Part shown: one piece after another, positions 13,370 through 29,906 of the stretch | Layout: each line of letters opens with the position of its first letter | Position numbering within the stretch: the first letter of the stretch is position 1 | From: Trichinella spiralis | Taxonomy: Eukaryota | Assembly: GCF_000181795.1 (NCBI RefSeq) | Contig: NW_003526941.1 | Span: forward strand, 5,247,053-5,311,052 | Direction of reading: 5' to 3' | Length of the DNA stretch: 64,000 nucleotides | Program-made: the position numbers and the translations under genes | The notes under the pieces: generated by a model | What the model was told of the DNA's origin: nothing | The model's input: only the letters and a program-made list of their open reading frames with translations | Database searches by the model: none

Positions 13370-14333
13370 ATGGAAGAATATGCCAGAGAACCTTGGTAAG
13401 TCTTTTATTTTTTTGTTATTCTCTGCAGAAGTAAATATACATTTACATATATGAGTGTATATTCAAATAAACAAGAAAATGCGTGTATTTAGTCCATGGA
13501 GAATTGTTGATGATTGTGGCGGTGCATTCTCTATGGGTTTAGTTGGTGGCGGTATATTTCACTACATCAGAGGAGTAAAACACTCACCTACGGTATTTTG
13601 CTTTTGTTTTATTTTATTTTATTTGACAAAGTTTTCTATAATTCAATTTCATTTTAATGAATTTTATTTCAGGGATTTTCAAAGCGTCTTATGAATGGTT
13701 TCACAATGTTAAAGGAAAGAGCACCCATTGTTGGAGGTTAGCGGTGCCTATTTTTATGCTTGCATACGTTTCGGGTGAAGACGTTTTATTTTAAAATTCA
13801 GGACAGTTTGCTATTTGGGGTGGAGTTTTCAGTGCTGTTGATTGCACTCTGGTGAAACTACGTCGCAAAGAAGATCCATGGAATTCAATTGCTAGTGGCG
13901 CCATTACTGGAGCAATTATTACTGTACGGAATGGAATTGGTACGATGATAGGTTCAGCAATCATGGGTGAAATCTGTTATTTCATTTTTTTGAACATTGT
14001 TGACGGATGCAGTGCTTCTATAGGAGGCGTCATACTTGCAATGCTTGAAGGTACTGGCATCATGCTAACACGCTTGACAGCAGATCAGTTTAAACCAAGT
14101 AATTTTATAAATTTATATTATATTCAATACTACTTTAGTTGCAGTATTCGTCGATATTACTTTATTTATTTGGGACAGTTTATTTCAAATTGTTTTTTAC
14201 AGTTAATCCCACAGTAGAAGATCCTAGAAATCTTCCTCCGATCGGCTCCGGTCACGAAAATTCTCAGAGTAGCAGTTCGCAGCCGCGTTCTGGGTTCAGC
14301 TTAGATGCATTGCCTTTTGGACGACCGTTCTAA
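13370..14333 (+). CDS. TIMM17: Mitochondrial inner-membrane translocase subunit Tim17
   Basis: Exons 13370-13395, 13493-13592, 13673-13736, 13802-13966, 14024-14098, 14203-14333, all GT-AG and in phase. Protein [24 protein letters not shown]…[15 protein letters not shown]…[17 protein letters not shown]. Confidence 0.96.
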
Positions 14334-14712
14334 GTTCTGTTGCTAAATCGTCTTTGCGCTAATGCTTTCTAATTTTAACAAAGAAAATTTTTTGATCCAC
14401 CGGTCTTTTGAATGCTCAAAACGTGACAAAGCGCAGGAAATGAATAGCGGCTTTTATGTTCTGAAATCATATGATGAAATGCTCATTTAAATGAGAATGT
14501 TTTTTTTAATACAATTCATCGCTTTCTAATCTAAACAATTCAGTTGTTGATTTTATTATTATTTATTTTTTTCAATTCACTTTTGCATAACGTTAGGTAT
14601 AATAACATGCGTTAATCTACGTATATAATACATTAACAGTACATCATTTAAGAAGGTGTAGTTTTTTTTGCGAATTACTTTAAATTTAAGATTATTTTTA
14701 TGAAGACCACAT

Positions 14713-17411
14713 CTATGTTTCTGCAGTGTCTTCTTTGCACACTTTATTGCTATTACTGATTGTTTTGTTTTCCATATAATATCGAACCAATTTTGCGCAT
14801 TTTTTGTGTTGGTTGATTAACGCCTTATCCAAGCAGTTGTAACCATTCGAATCCACCGCAAACGGATCGGCATTATTTTTTAAAAGAAATTCTACAACCT
14901 CATCACGACCCAGGCTGCATGCCTTTAAAAATAAACAGATTAATACTGCATTTTTTAGTCATGCAAATTTATATTAGCTGATTTGTAAAATTTAAGCATG
15001 TACCACATGCAAGACTGATCGACCATCGTAGTCGCGACAGTTTAAGTCTGCTCCGGCCGCTTTCCAAGCTTTCAGTTGCTCGACATCGTTGGCAACGGCA
15101 CTCCTAGCAAAGATGAGTTTTTTTACGAATAAAATATTTTTGAAAAAAATTTTTGCAATGAAGCTTTTCATTTACATGCTGAGATAGATGCTCACTTGCA
15201 GAGGATTCAAACTGAGATGGGCACCTGTTTTTCGCAATAAATCAATTATTTCCATATGTCCGTTACGCACCGCTTCCATCAACGGTGTGCTATGATTACG
15301 ATCTCTGGAAATAAGTATTTATTGAACTTTATTATTTCATTTTCAAGAGCAGTCCTACTGTACTTTGCGTGAACAGAAACACCGGAAGTGAGGAGAAATT
15401 CGACAATTTCCAAATGACCCCTACCGGCAGCGCAGTGCAACGGTGATCGATGCAGATGATCTAAGCCAACCGAAAAAGCCCCCTGAAATGCGAGTCACAG
15501 CCATTAGTAATATGCAGTAGTGTAATTCTTGTTTTTTTTCACATTTCTTTTCAAAGTTTTTAAAAGTTCTAGATCGCCTTCGCAGGCTGCTTGGCATAAT
15601 AGGGTCGGATAGAGCAGCTTTCTCAGCTTCTTCAACTCCATACTACTCGAAATGTTTAAATATTTGGCGAATTCAATCACCAAATTGTGATCTTGATAAT
15701 GATGATGTTGCTCTTTAGTAACGGTAAGTTCTCCTCGTAAGTTCTGCCCCATTAGCTGTAAAAATCGACAAATTAATTTAACCTCGTGCGAGAAATACAT
15801 CGCGAGAATTAATCACCGCTTTTTTATCCTCCAAGGTAAGATCTTTCTTAGCAAGTACATAGGCGAGTTTTGTCAGCGCTGCTTCAGTAGTCATATCCGA
15901 GCCCGAGATGACACCACACTCATAAAGCAACTGAGCATTTTTCAAGTTTAAAATAAAGCTGCAATTTTTCACATGTTCATCAAAATTGATTTACCTGACC
16001 AGTTCTGTACAGTGGTGAAACTTGGCCTCTTAAGCACTGGGAACAGTTGACGACAATCTGACCATTTTTTATACCGTCTTTTATTACAGCAAATGCATCA
16101 CTTCGTCTAGCTGGCATATTGCCTCCGCCGTATGTTTGCAAAACGATTCCTTCCATTGGCGGAGCAAAGAAGGCTCTGATCTAGAGGAGAAATTGTAAAA
16201 GGAGATCGTTTTCAAGTGATGAAAAGAAAAATAATAAAGTATTTTACGCAATCGCAAGAGATGGATGGGAAAATACGCAACAAAGCGATATTGGGATTCA
16301 TCTCCACTTGTACGGTCATTTTTTTCATTTCTGTAGAACGAAACACCGCTTCCCAGTGAACTGGAACGATGGAAAATTAATAAACTTTTGAAATTACGAT
16401 GATAAGAATAAATTATTACCGTTCACTCGAATATCCATCGTAGCCAGTGGTGGAACGTTGGGACTGCAGAAAGCATCCAGAGAATTGTTGTCGTACTTTG
16501 TTGTACGATTGCCACGAAATAGTTTCGAGTTGAAATAAATAGTTACCTGATAAATGGGCAATTTATACTTTTCCTCTTTTTATTTTTTGCAATTTTGGAT
16601 ACAAACTTCAGGAATGTCATAATTTCCGGCAATGATCAAAGAGCCGATCATATTTTCACGACCGTCGCTTCTCACTTCGCACACGGGAATTTGAGAACCG
16701 GTAAGCACGATTGATTTGCCCAAATTTTCAAACATGAAGCTCAACGCGCTGGCCGTGAAGCACAGCGTATCTGTGCCGTGCAGAATGACGAAACCGTCAT
16801 AATTTTCATAATTTTCCTGAAAGTATGATGAAAAGTAGTAGTAATGTTTTACATTCGGCTATTTTATTGATGATCTGTTTTTCAAATGCATCTTATTTGA
16901 CCAAAAACTTCTCAAATCTTTGCTAATATTTGCTTTCGAAATTTTTTGAAGTAACTCACACTTATTGTATTTGCTATTTTTATCCATTCTTCAAAGGACA
17001 TGTCTGATGAATCCAGTAACGGTTGATATTCGATGATCCAATAAACGATGCGTTTATTTTCGAATTGAACATGACTGAAATGTATGAATTTCAAAAAAAA
17101 AACAAAAAACAACTTTCTTCCTATTGCTTTATTCATACGGTAAGGCGCACGGCTTATCTTCAACGTGAGAATAATATTTATTTACATAGGCAGCATCATT
17201 CAGGTAAGAATCCGCCCGAATCGCTTGCAAAAGATAGTTTTCAACTGGCACGTATGCTGAAATGCAGAGAGCAAAATTGAACGATTTAATTATTACGTTT
17301 GGAATAGAATTTTCTATTGCCATTGTTTTCTGATCGCATTCCAATGGTGCCGCCAGTATAGATCATCAGAACTTTACTTTCCGCTTCTCGATTGTGGAGA
17401 TTCATATCCAT
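14713..17411 (-). CDS. ASPG: L-asparaginase / 60-kDa lysophospholipase with C-terminal ankyrin repeats (multi-exon)
   Basis: Type-I asparaginase motifs [27 protein letters not shown] and [15 protein letters not shown], followed by ankyrin repeats (…[19 protein letters not shown]…). TAG at 14713-14715. The start codon is uncertain; a further upstream exon is possible. Confidence 0.92.
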
Positions 17412-18405
17412 GTTTTGATTTAGATGAAAGCTTTGAAAAGCACCGACTTTTATACAATCTATTCGATTTTGCTACTTTTAGTCGATTTGAATATCTCGCG
17501 ATAAAATAGTTCAATGAATTAATCAAATCAAATCAAAATAATTGAACGCAATTAATGTTATCAACAATGCGCAGTTGTTTAATAGAACGCGCGAAGTGAT
17601 TGCTGCAGATCAACAGCATTGTTGACGTGACTTCCATCTTCTGTTACTGCTTATTCATCTTCACTATTCAGCATGATCAGTTGATATTTGCAAAGCTGGA
17701 TAATTGAATCTTACTGCATCTTTTTATCACCATGACAAATAATATAAATACGTAGTTTCAAAGAAATTATTATAAAAACTGATTTATTAAAATGGGAAGT
17801 TTCAAAAATAATTCCAACTTTACATATCATTATTAGCAATAGTAAACATTGGAAGTGACCTGAAAATTAAAAATATGCTTGAAAGTTTTTAAATTTTTTT
17901 TAATAGTAATTTATGCTAGATTTTATTGATTTCTAAAATAAAATACAATTATTGTGATCAAATACTTTTCTGCATTTATATTAAAATAGCGCTTCAAGTA
18001 TTCAAAAATACCATTATAATTAATTGAATCAAGTTTACCATAAAGTATAAAGTTTAAGGATATAAAAATTTTATTTATTTATAAAACTGATGAAATTTTA
18101 AACATTGATCATATAATGCTACTTACTGTACTGTTATTCAATTTAAACTTGACTATTCATTTCATATGGTAACATAACGTATTTAATGATTGGTTAATTG
18201 GAGAGCGTTCATTACATTTCTGCTATCTGCTGTTTGAGACTGTAAATTTCTTTAAAATTGTAAGTAAAAATTTTTTCAAATTTATTCAACTTTTGATGAA
18301 AATTGAAAATCTTTTTTTGGTAATTTAGTAATGAGCCGTTTTTGATTTCGTTGCTTATTTTTCACTGTGTTGATGTATGTAATTTTTAAACTTTAGAATT
18401 TAATC

Positions 18406-19201
18406 ATGGCGGAAGAGGAAGTTATGCCTTTTGATATGGGTCAGAAGAAGAAGAAAAAGAAAAAAGGTGTAATTCCCGAAGCAGAAGCTCAGAAAAAAGT
18501 GGAAGCTGTTAAGCCGGCTGCCCCGGATGACGAATTAGGTCTTATTGAAGATTTCAGTAAACTGAAAAAGAAGAAGAAGAAACAACAGATAGTATTGGAC
18601 AGTATAGACCAAGCAGACGGTGCATCTACGACAGCGGTGGAAAAGGATGGCCAAGGTTTCGATTATACGTATGACGAATTGCTTACTCGAATTTACAACA
18701 TCATGCGTGAAAAGAATCCTGAACTGGCTACTGGTGAAAAGAAGAAATTTATCATGAAACCTCCGCAAGTGGTTCGCGTAGGTTCCAAAAAGACCGCCTT
18801 CACAAATTTTGCCGAAATATGCCGGTTGCTCAAACGTGCTCCTAGACACGTTTTGGCATTTTTGATGGCCGAATTGGGTACTAGTGGATCCGTTGACGGA
18901 AATGATCAGCTGATAATTAAAGGTCGCTTTTTCCAAAAGCATATTGAAAGTGTATTAAGGAAATACATAAGTATATCAAGTTATGAGTATCTTTTATTTA
19001 TTTCAAGAGTATTTTATTGTAGAAGAATACGTCACATGTCACACGTGTAAATCTGGCGATACTATACTGGATAAAGATACAAGGTTGTTTTTTTTGCAGT
19101 GTAATACTTGTGGCAGCCGTTGTTCAGTTGCTACTATCAAGTCTGGCTTTCAGGCCATTACTACGCGTCGTGCACAAACTCGAGCAGCGGCCGGAGTTTA
19201 A
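18406..19201 (+). CDS. EIF2S2: Translation initiation factor eIF2 subunit beta
   Basis: Exons 18406-18970 and 19023-19201. Lysine boxes, [32 protein letters not shown] and a C2-C2 zinc ribbon (CHTC…CNTC). Confidence 0.96.
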
Positions 19202-22200
19202 TAATATTTTCAGATTGTTGGAAATGAAACTTCGGCAGTTTTTTGTTTTTAATAAAGGTATATATTGAAAATAATTTGTGGAAATGTGTGCGGCATTTTT
19301 AATAAAGTTTTTGTTATTTGAATTTGAAGCAAAACTAATTGAAGTTTTAAGTTTTGTTAATTGCATCATATTAACGCCTGCATTTTCTTTATACTGTGTC
19401 AACACGTGCTTAGAGTCGTTATACATTTGTAAGAAACGTTAAATGAGTAATGCAAATAATAATGATAAATATGCAGAGGCATTATATGCAAAAATTTTGG
19501 CGTTCTTTCATAGGTTTAGGCAAAACAGTTGAAGAAATATATGCTTGTTAGAGAGGACTGAAAAGTTGTTTTATGTTTATTTATATGTAAATATAGCATT
19601 GTTATATGCAGCGGGAGCGAAAAATTCTACAGCATCTATTTTGAATTAATACAACCTTACCTTGTTGAGCGTGACGAAATTAGTCAGCTAAACGCTGAAG
19701 CTGTTAAAAACAGAAGTGATTATTCTCAAATTGCTTGCCACATTTAGCTATATATGTACAGAAATAGATATTCATCAAAAAATGAAAGTAAACAAGGAAA
19801 GTAACTTTTTGTCTTGTTAGGATTCGTTTGTAATGTTGTCCACTTTATTTGGTTTTGTGGAAATGAATGCCGAATATTTACGTCGTTGGTTGCGTCGTCG
19901 ATTGATTCAAGTTTTACCTGCAGTATGCTGCTGTTACGTGCAACCATTTTTCGATTTTAATGTCAAGTATGGCGAATGAATCGAATTTGCGGAAGCGGGG
20001 CAAAATTTTTTCTGATATTTCTTCGATGCGTCAGATGAGCTTTTGATATTTACTAATAGAGGAGCTTCTTTTGTGTAAGCAGTGCGAAATGATCTCCAAT
20101 ATTTTTTATTGTGGAAGTACTATTTAAATGAATTTCAGTAAAGAAGATCTGTATTTTTAAGTGTGATATCGACGATGATGTAATTTTTGTTTTGCCATAC
20201 AAGCGCGGTCGATATCTAGTGGCTATTTTGGTCACTATTTGAAGAAAATTTGAACCATTTGAATTTATTTTACTCACTGTTGTAGAATTTGCAAAGAAAA
20301 TGAAACTGTTATTTCATCGCTTTTACTATACTTTAAAACCCATCTGTACTGTATGCTACGTCGGTAAATGAAACGTCAGCTGAATTTGCTCGCTGCTTCA
20401 GTGGTATCAAACTTGGTAAGCATTTTCCTTGAGCAATTTTACAAATTTTCAATTGATTTTTCTTTTTTGAATACACAGCACGAATAAGTGTTAACCGAAG
20501 ATTAGTAGATTAATTTTTGCACAAATCTATTTTATTGATTTCACTGTCTTAATAAGGAGAAAAAAAAATTTCAATTCATATTTGCTGAAGGTTGTCTTTA
20601 TTTCACATACAACTGTTCAGTTAAATTTTATTTAAACAGAATTTCTTAATGTAGTAGAAATTTCGGTAATAATTCATTCAATTTTTCTCCACTGAAATTC
20701 ACATATTACAGAACGATACGTCATTCTGTAGTCAAAGAAATTGCAAACTGGTTTTTGTCTAAAAATTAATTACGGTAAGTTCAACTTATAAAAGATAATT
20801 AAGCACGGTAATTTTTGTAATTTAGGTAGTTATGCAACTTTGCAAAGAATGAGCAGTAATATTTTGTTTGTAGTTCAAAATTTACGGTCGCAGAATTTTG
20901 AATTTTATTAAGAGGTTATAGATGAATTGTTCAACTTTACACTGTTTCGATGATTTCGAGAATTGATATTTGCAAAAGTTATTAGTTTAAGTCATTCATT
21001 TTTTTTCATCTGGATATCAGTTCTAGAATATTTGCATCAGCACGTAAATCTGGTTAATATATTAATAATGTACTGTTAAAATAAATTCGCATCAAGTTTT
21101 TAATAATTCATAAAATATTATTAGTTTTTATTTTCCATCTAAATGTATGAATAAATAAATTTTTTCCTTATTTCTTTACCAGGATTTATGGAAATTTGTT
21201 TTTGTAATGATCAGATGATCTAGAAGTGAATGTTGATGTAATTGTTTATCACAGAATTTTTATCTACACTTGCGTTTGCACAGAGCATTTGTGCGCCAGA
21301 TTATTATTGATTGGTGTGTCGCATTCGATCTGTACTAATTTGCTTTCAAATCGTTTTCTAACTGACGGCTACTTGGCAGTATGCATTGATTATTTCCGCA
21401 AAATGGATCTGTGTGCATTAAAATGGCGTGCGTGGGTTTGTGCTGTTCACAGCTTTGCAAAGCTGAATTTCTCCAACTCAGGAGCTGAGAAATGCTTTTT
21501 CTTCATCTTTTTCCATTGTGATCATCTTTACCGAATTTTGTTCATTTCAGCGGTGCTGTTTGTTCTATTCCAATTCTGCTATTAATTTTAGTCGTTCACA
21601 TTTTTATAAAAAGATTTTTCCACATCGGCACAGACAGACGAGAGATTGATTAATAATCTTTCTACTCAGACTTTTACACAACTGCAATACCAGGCAAGAA
21701 TTGCATAGAAATAAAATAATTCTGTTGTTATTATTTTTGTTGGTTTTTTCTCGCAGAGATTTGCTTTGTTAGATAGCCAGCAACGGTAGTAGTAGTAGTA
21801 TAATGACAGTGTTGTCGGAAATGATATTTTAAATTGAGATATATTTAAATGTCAGTTGGGCACGTTTGCATTTATATAAAAGAGAAACTAATTTGTAGTA
21901 CAATTTGAATTCAACTTTTCAAATTTCCATTTGCTGAACAGGAAAAATTTCCCCTTGCATACGTCTTTTGTTTAAGAAGCAGTTAATGTAAATATGTTGC
22001 TTTCACGTTAACGTGTTTAATCAGCCTAAGCATTCAGCTTTCAGCTTCAGCTATAATAATCAACTGGTATAGCATAGCGTGCTTAATTGGTTGTTATTTT
22101 TATTGTTGACGTTACTGATTCTCTATTTTGTGACAGGAAGTTGATCAAATAATTTTTCTCGATGGAATCAGTATTCTAATGTTCATTATTTTACAAATAA

Positions 22201-23750
22201 TGACAATTATTTGTTTTACACATTTGAATTGATATTGTTCAGACAATTGCGTATTTGTGTGTGATTTTCTCATTTTAATCTTCTTTTGCATCAAAAATAT
22301 GAAACAGTGTTATTGAAATTGAAAAATTCAGTTCCATTCTTTTGTAAAATATTGTTGTCAACAAAATCACATTTGAATAATTTTTTGTCCGGAAATAAGG
22401 TAACATAATTTTGTATACTGTATTGGATTTGTAAAATAATTCTTGTAATTGAAAATTATTTTTCTTTATCGATTTGCAAAAGTGTAATTTTTGTTTTTCA
22501 TTTTATTCTACCTCATCGTTATTATTATTATTATTATCAGATACTAGATTAGAGAAATTGAATTCAAATGAATTTTATATGTGTTTTTTGTCAAGCTGTT
22601 GATTGTTTGTTAAACTGATCAATTGACAGTTTTAAAGGAATAATGATAAATAATTTCGATTGAATAAATTGCTTGGCATAGTTATGATATTTTTCAGCAG
22701 TTTTATTTCATTCACAACTCTTTTATCTGCCCCCGTTAATAAATTGTATTTGTTCACTTCGAATTTGGGCCAATGTTTGCCGACAATGTGTGCGTGTGCG
22801 TGTATTGTTACGAAGCCGGTTTTTTTTTTCAAACTTGACGTACTATTTCCAGCGGCATTTTCTAAGATGCATCATAATGCATATTTTATTCGTAGGTACT
22901 GCAGCTTTGTGTTCAATTTTTCAATGGAAAATAATTTATTATGTTTTTTTACATTTTAAAAATATTTTTCATAATAGGCGCGTATTGTCATTTGTTAATT
23001 TCATTGGCGTCCGGGGACGGATTCTTTCAATATGTTCCAATTTGGGCATTCCAATTTCTGGCAGATTGCGTTGATTCAATAGTTTGGCGCTGAAATTGTG
23101 TTTCGAGTTTCGCTTTGGGAATAGTTTGCTTGATCGCTTTGTTTAAATTGTTTAAACTGCTCACTTTTGGATTTGGAAACAGTGAACAAGCACCACTGTT
23201 GTTTGTGCGCCAATTTTTCAGGGAACGCCGGCCATGCTGTGCCGCAGTTGTTAGCTGCTCTCTGTCTTTTTCTGTTCGCTAGGCCGTGCTTTGCCTGCCT
23301 GTTGCTTTATAGGCGCGGCTGCTTCTTTGAACCGCCCGCTGAGCAACTGCTTCTTTGAGCAACGTCTGTCGACGTTTTTCATCTCTGATCTAATCAGTCC
23401 CTCAGGCAGTGTCTGTCTGTCTGCAATGTAAAAAATTGGTCCTGCTTATCAGATAGTGTTGCTGCTTTTCGTCTGCCTATTTTGTAAGTGGATCCGTGTA
23501 TATATACATATATATATATATTGGAGTGCATGCGTGGTTTGTCGTGGTCGTTCTGTTGTATATAGTTGTGCCATTTACCGCAGTGTTGTTGTTGTTGTTG
23601 TGCGCAATTTTATTGTTTTCTTCCAATCAAAAATGCGTTCGTTTATCTCACCAAAACGACAGTCAACAGCAGCTTGTTATCACTGTTGTTGTTGACGTTG
23701 GCCTGTTGACGGTATCGAAATGTGCAATTTGCATCAGTTGAATCTTTTAG

Positions 23751-24075
23751 CTGTTTGAAATGCCATCTCGCCGCCGGGTGAACCGAAATTAAACTGACGT
23801 CAACGGCCAACGACCGTGTCGACACCGCGTCGGCGGCAGAAGCGGCGCCCAGCGGCACCAAAACTACCAATACAGAAAAAGCTGCCGCCACCGACGACCG
23901 AGCAGAGCAGAGCCGTGACAGCTCGGCCGGCGAAGAGCAAGACCGAAAGCAATTGCGGAAAAACAGTGGCTTGGTTCCAACTAGCGGCGACGGCTCCTTA
24001 CCGTTCGGTGGTGTGAATTCTCTTGTGCTCAAAACGCGCGGACATTTTTCCAACCTCTGGAAAAGCGTCAACCAG
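23751..24075 (+). other. Probable upstream exon of the JNK gene
   Basis: TTTTAG acceptor ends at 23750. GC-rich, open frame 23782-24075 ends in CAG|gt at phase 0, matching the phase-0 acceptor at 25108. Confidence 0.6.
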
Positions 24076-25077
24076 GTATTGTCAATGTCTCCATTTTTTA
24101 AAAATGTTTATCGTTTTTCTCTGGCCATTCATCCATCCATCTTCTTTGTGACAGATTTTATGATTTGCAGGTTAGTTTGTAAGAGTTACAGTACAATGAA
24201 GTAACCTTGAATTCAGATTTTGCGTTGTTTTGTTAGGGTCGAATTTTTCAAATTGAACCAAATTTGCAATTCAAACGGTGCTTTTTTGCTTTGTCGAATT
24301 TACCAAAAAAAACGAATTACTTGTTTTCTTTCATATTATCTGTCATTTTTGAGTATGTTGCGCGTTGTTTTTCTATTATTATGTCATTTATGTTGGCTGG
24401 CATTTGCGTTGTTTTGTTTCCTTGCCGCTTGAAATTCCGTTAAACGCTAGCTGATGTCAAAGATTGCGAAAGGGCGACGCACGGGTGCAGCTAGTTTTAG
24501 CCGGCAGACTATTATTATCTAATTTTGTCATCTGCATTTGTCAATCACCCAACTGATTGTCATCCTTTTTCTCTTGGCTTCTTTTCTTTTTCTCTGTCTG
24601 TTTCGGTTTTTCTTTCACTTTTACTTTGTTTCTGTTTTCCCCGTCCGTACCGTGTCATTCGCTTTACTTGTTTTTTTATTCGCTTACTGGATAATATTGA
24701 GAATGACAATTGTGCATGGATGACGTTAGTTCATAGTTCGTAGTGTAGAGAATTAATTGTCCAGATGCTTCCTGTAAAACGCTTTGGACAGAAATATTGC
24801 AACAATGACATTCAACATCTGTGATCAATAATAGTTTTTTGTCCTAGTACAGGGCGACAAACTACGCAATTTATAGATAGCTAGATAGAGGCAACGGATC
24901 GACAGGCAAAGATAGATAGATAATAGAGGGGGACAGAATGGAAGCTTTATTTAAAAGAGAAGCAGCTTTAAATCGACTCGTCGTTACCGTGTTTTTCGAA
25001 GGTTTAAAATGGCAAACAGAGTTAGTCATTGTCGTTTTTTCGCGTTTTAATTAAGTCGATCGATTCTTGCTAGCTAG

Positions 25078-28373
<3,296 letters not shown>

Positions 28374-28837
28374 CGGGCTGTGCGGTGCACAGGGCCGATT
28401 TTGTTGCCTTGGCCGAGTTCTTTTCTTATTCTGCACAATGAGTTTGAAGTTGACCATTTTCAGCGGCTTTCTCTTTACTTTTTTTACCAGCTGTACAAAC
28501 TGAAAATGTTGAGCGAAATGCTCGTCTTCAGATGCTATTTGATTATTAAGATCGTTGGTTATTCGAATGATATTTTTGCCGAAATATGTTTTTCCCTTAT
28601 GCCATATTATTAGCGTGCGTTGTTTGTTTTTCATTCCAGAACAAGCTAGGAATGTAATTTGCGCTTGTCATCATTACACACGTACGACAAGCAACATTAA
28701 CGATGTATTTCAGCGGCGGGCAGCAGTATACCGCCTTACTTCGTACTATTATTTTTGTTTATTCTTATTATTTGTTTTTTTGTTGCTGTTCGTGATCGGT
28801 ACGAGCAGCTTGTTTTCTTCTATTTCAGTTTAGTATG

Positions 28838-28838
<1 letters not shown>

Positions 28839-28872
<34 letters not shown>

Positions 28873-28890
28873 TATATATATATATATATA
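28839..28890. repeat. (TA)n microsatellite
   Basis: Read directly; one G interruption at 28871. Confidence 0.95.
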
Positions 28891-29525
28891 GTAAAGTTGA
28901 AAATGCTGAAGAAGCAAACAAAAAAATATCAGTGCTTTTTTACAAGCATTTCTTCAAAAATACAACTTTCGCAGCACGTTTAAAGACAATTTTTACAAAA
29001 TAAAGAAAACCAACCAGTCGAATTTATACAAAAATCTTAAGGTTTGTCCATTTGAAATATAAATATCATTTTTTCAAAATAATTCATGAAATTACTCGGA
29101 CTTGATGAATATAAAAAGTTGTAATCAGCACGGCAATGGTGAAAATTTGTTGTCCTGATTTGGTTTTTAATAATGCAGAGTTGTATATACATATATATAT
29201 ATATATAGTATGTAGAGGTGGGTAGGTAGTGGGCAATGCTGTAAAGCTAAACAAATAATCAATCGCAGGTAAATCAGTGTTGCGTGTATTGATAAAAGCA
29301 AAAAATTACAATCACTACAAACAACAATTACTTGTAAGAATAATGACGGAATAAATTAATAGTCATACTGTATTTCGTACTTTATTATCATTTATATGCA
29401 AATCATGGGCTCCAGGAAAATTGGCCCCTAGTTGCAGTATGTATGTTTTTGCGTTGAGTCTGAAGTACGTACTCTTTATAGGGACAATGTTTCAGAATTG
29501 AAACCAACATTCGGAGCACCAGATA

Positions 29526-29906
29526 ATGAACACCGACCAGGATGGAAAGAATTCGTCGGAGGCTTCGCATCATTTGAACAGCAGCACAGAACGGGACAAG
29601 GTCGAAGAAGCACAAAAGGCAAAAGAGCGGGAACAAGAACTGCGGAACAGTTTGCTAACCCAAGTGCTTGAGCAGGATGCTCTCGCTCGTTTGAACACGT
29701 TGGCCAAAGCGAAGCCGGAAAAAGCGAAAATTGCCGAGAATAGCATTTTGAATTTTGTACGGTTCGGCGGAGCGAATGCGAAAATAACCGATGAAAAATT
29801 GAAAGAGTTGCTGGAAACAATCAACGAGAAAGTAACTAGTGAAAAAGTTACGGTGAAATTTCGCCGAAAAGGAATTCTGGACTCTGACTCGGAAGAGGAC
29901 TTCTAG
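29526..29906 (+). CDS. PDCD5: Programmed cell death protein 5 (TFAR19 family)
   Basis: Single ORF of 126 aa with RNSLLTQVLEQDALARLNTLAKAKPEKAK…VKFRRKGILDSDSEEDF, matching the PDCD5 core and acidic tail. Confidence 0.9.
   Translation: MNTDQDGKNSSEASHHLNSSTERDKVEEAQKAKEREQELRNSLLTQVLEQDALARLNTLAKAKPEKAKIAENSILNFVRFGGANAKITDEKLKELLETINEKVTSEKVTVKFRRKGILDSDSEEDF

Noticed and set aside
18535..18942. Antisense ORFs over eIF2-beta, JNK, PDCD5, SET and Fezf
   Set aside because: Shadows of real coding exons.
19513..19551. GLGKTVEEI, resembling SNF2 helicase motif I
   Set aside because: Followed within four codons by a stop, with no other helicase motifs nearby.
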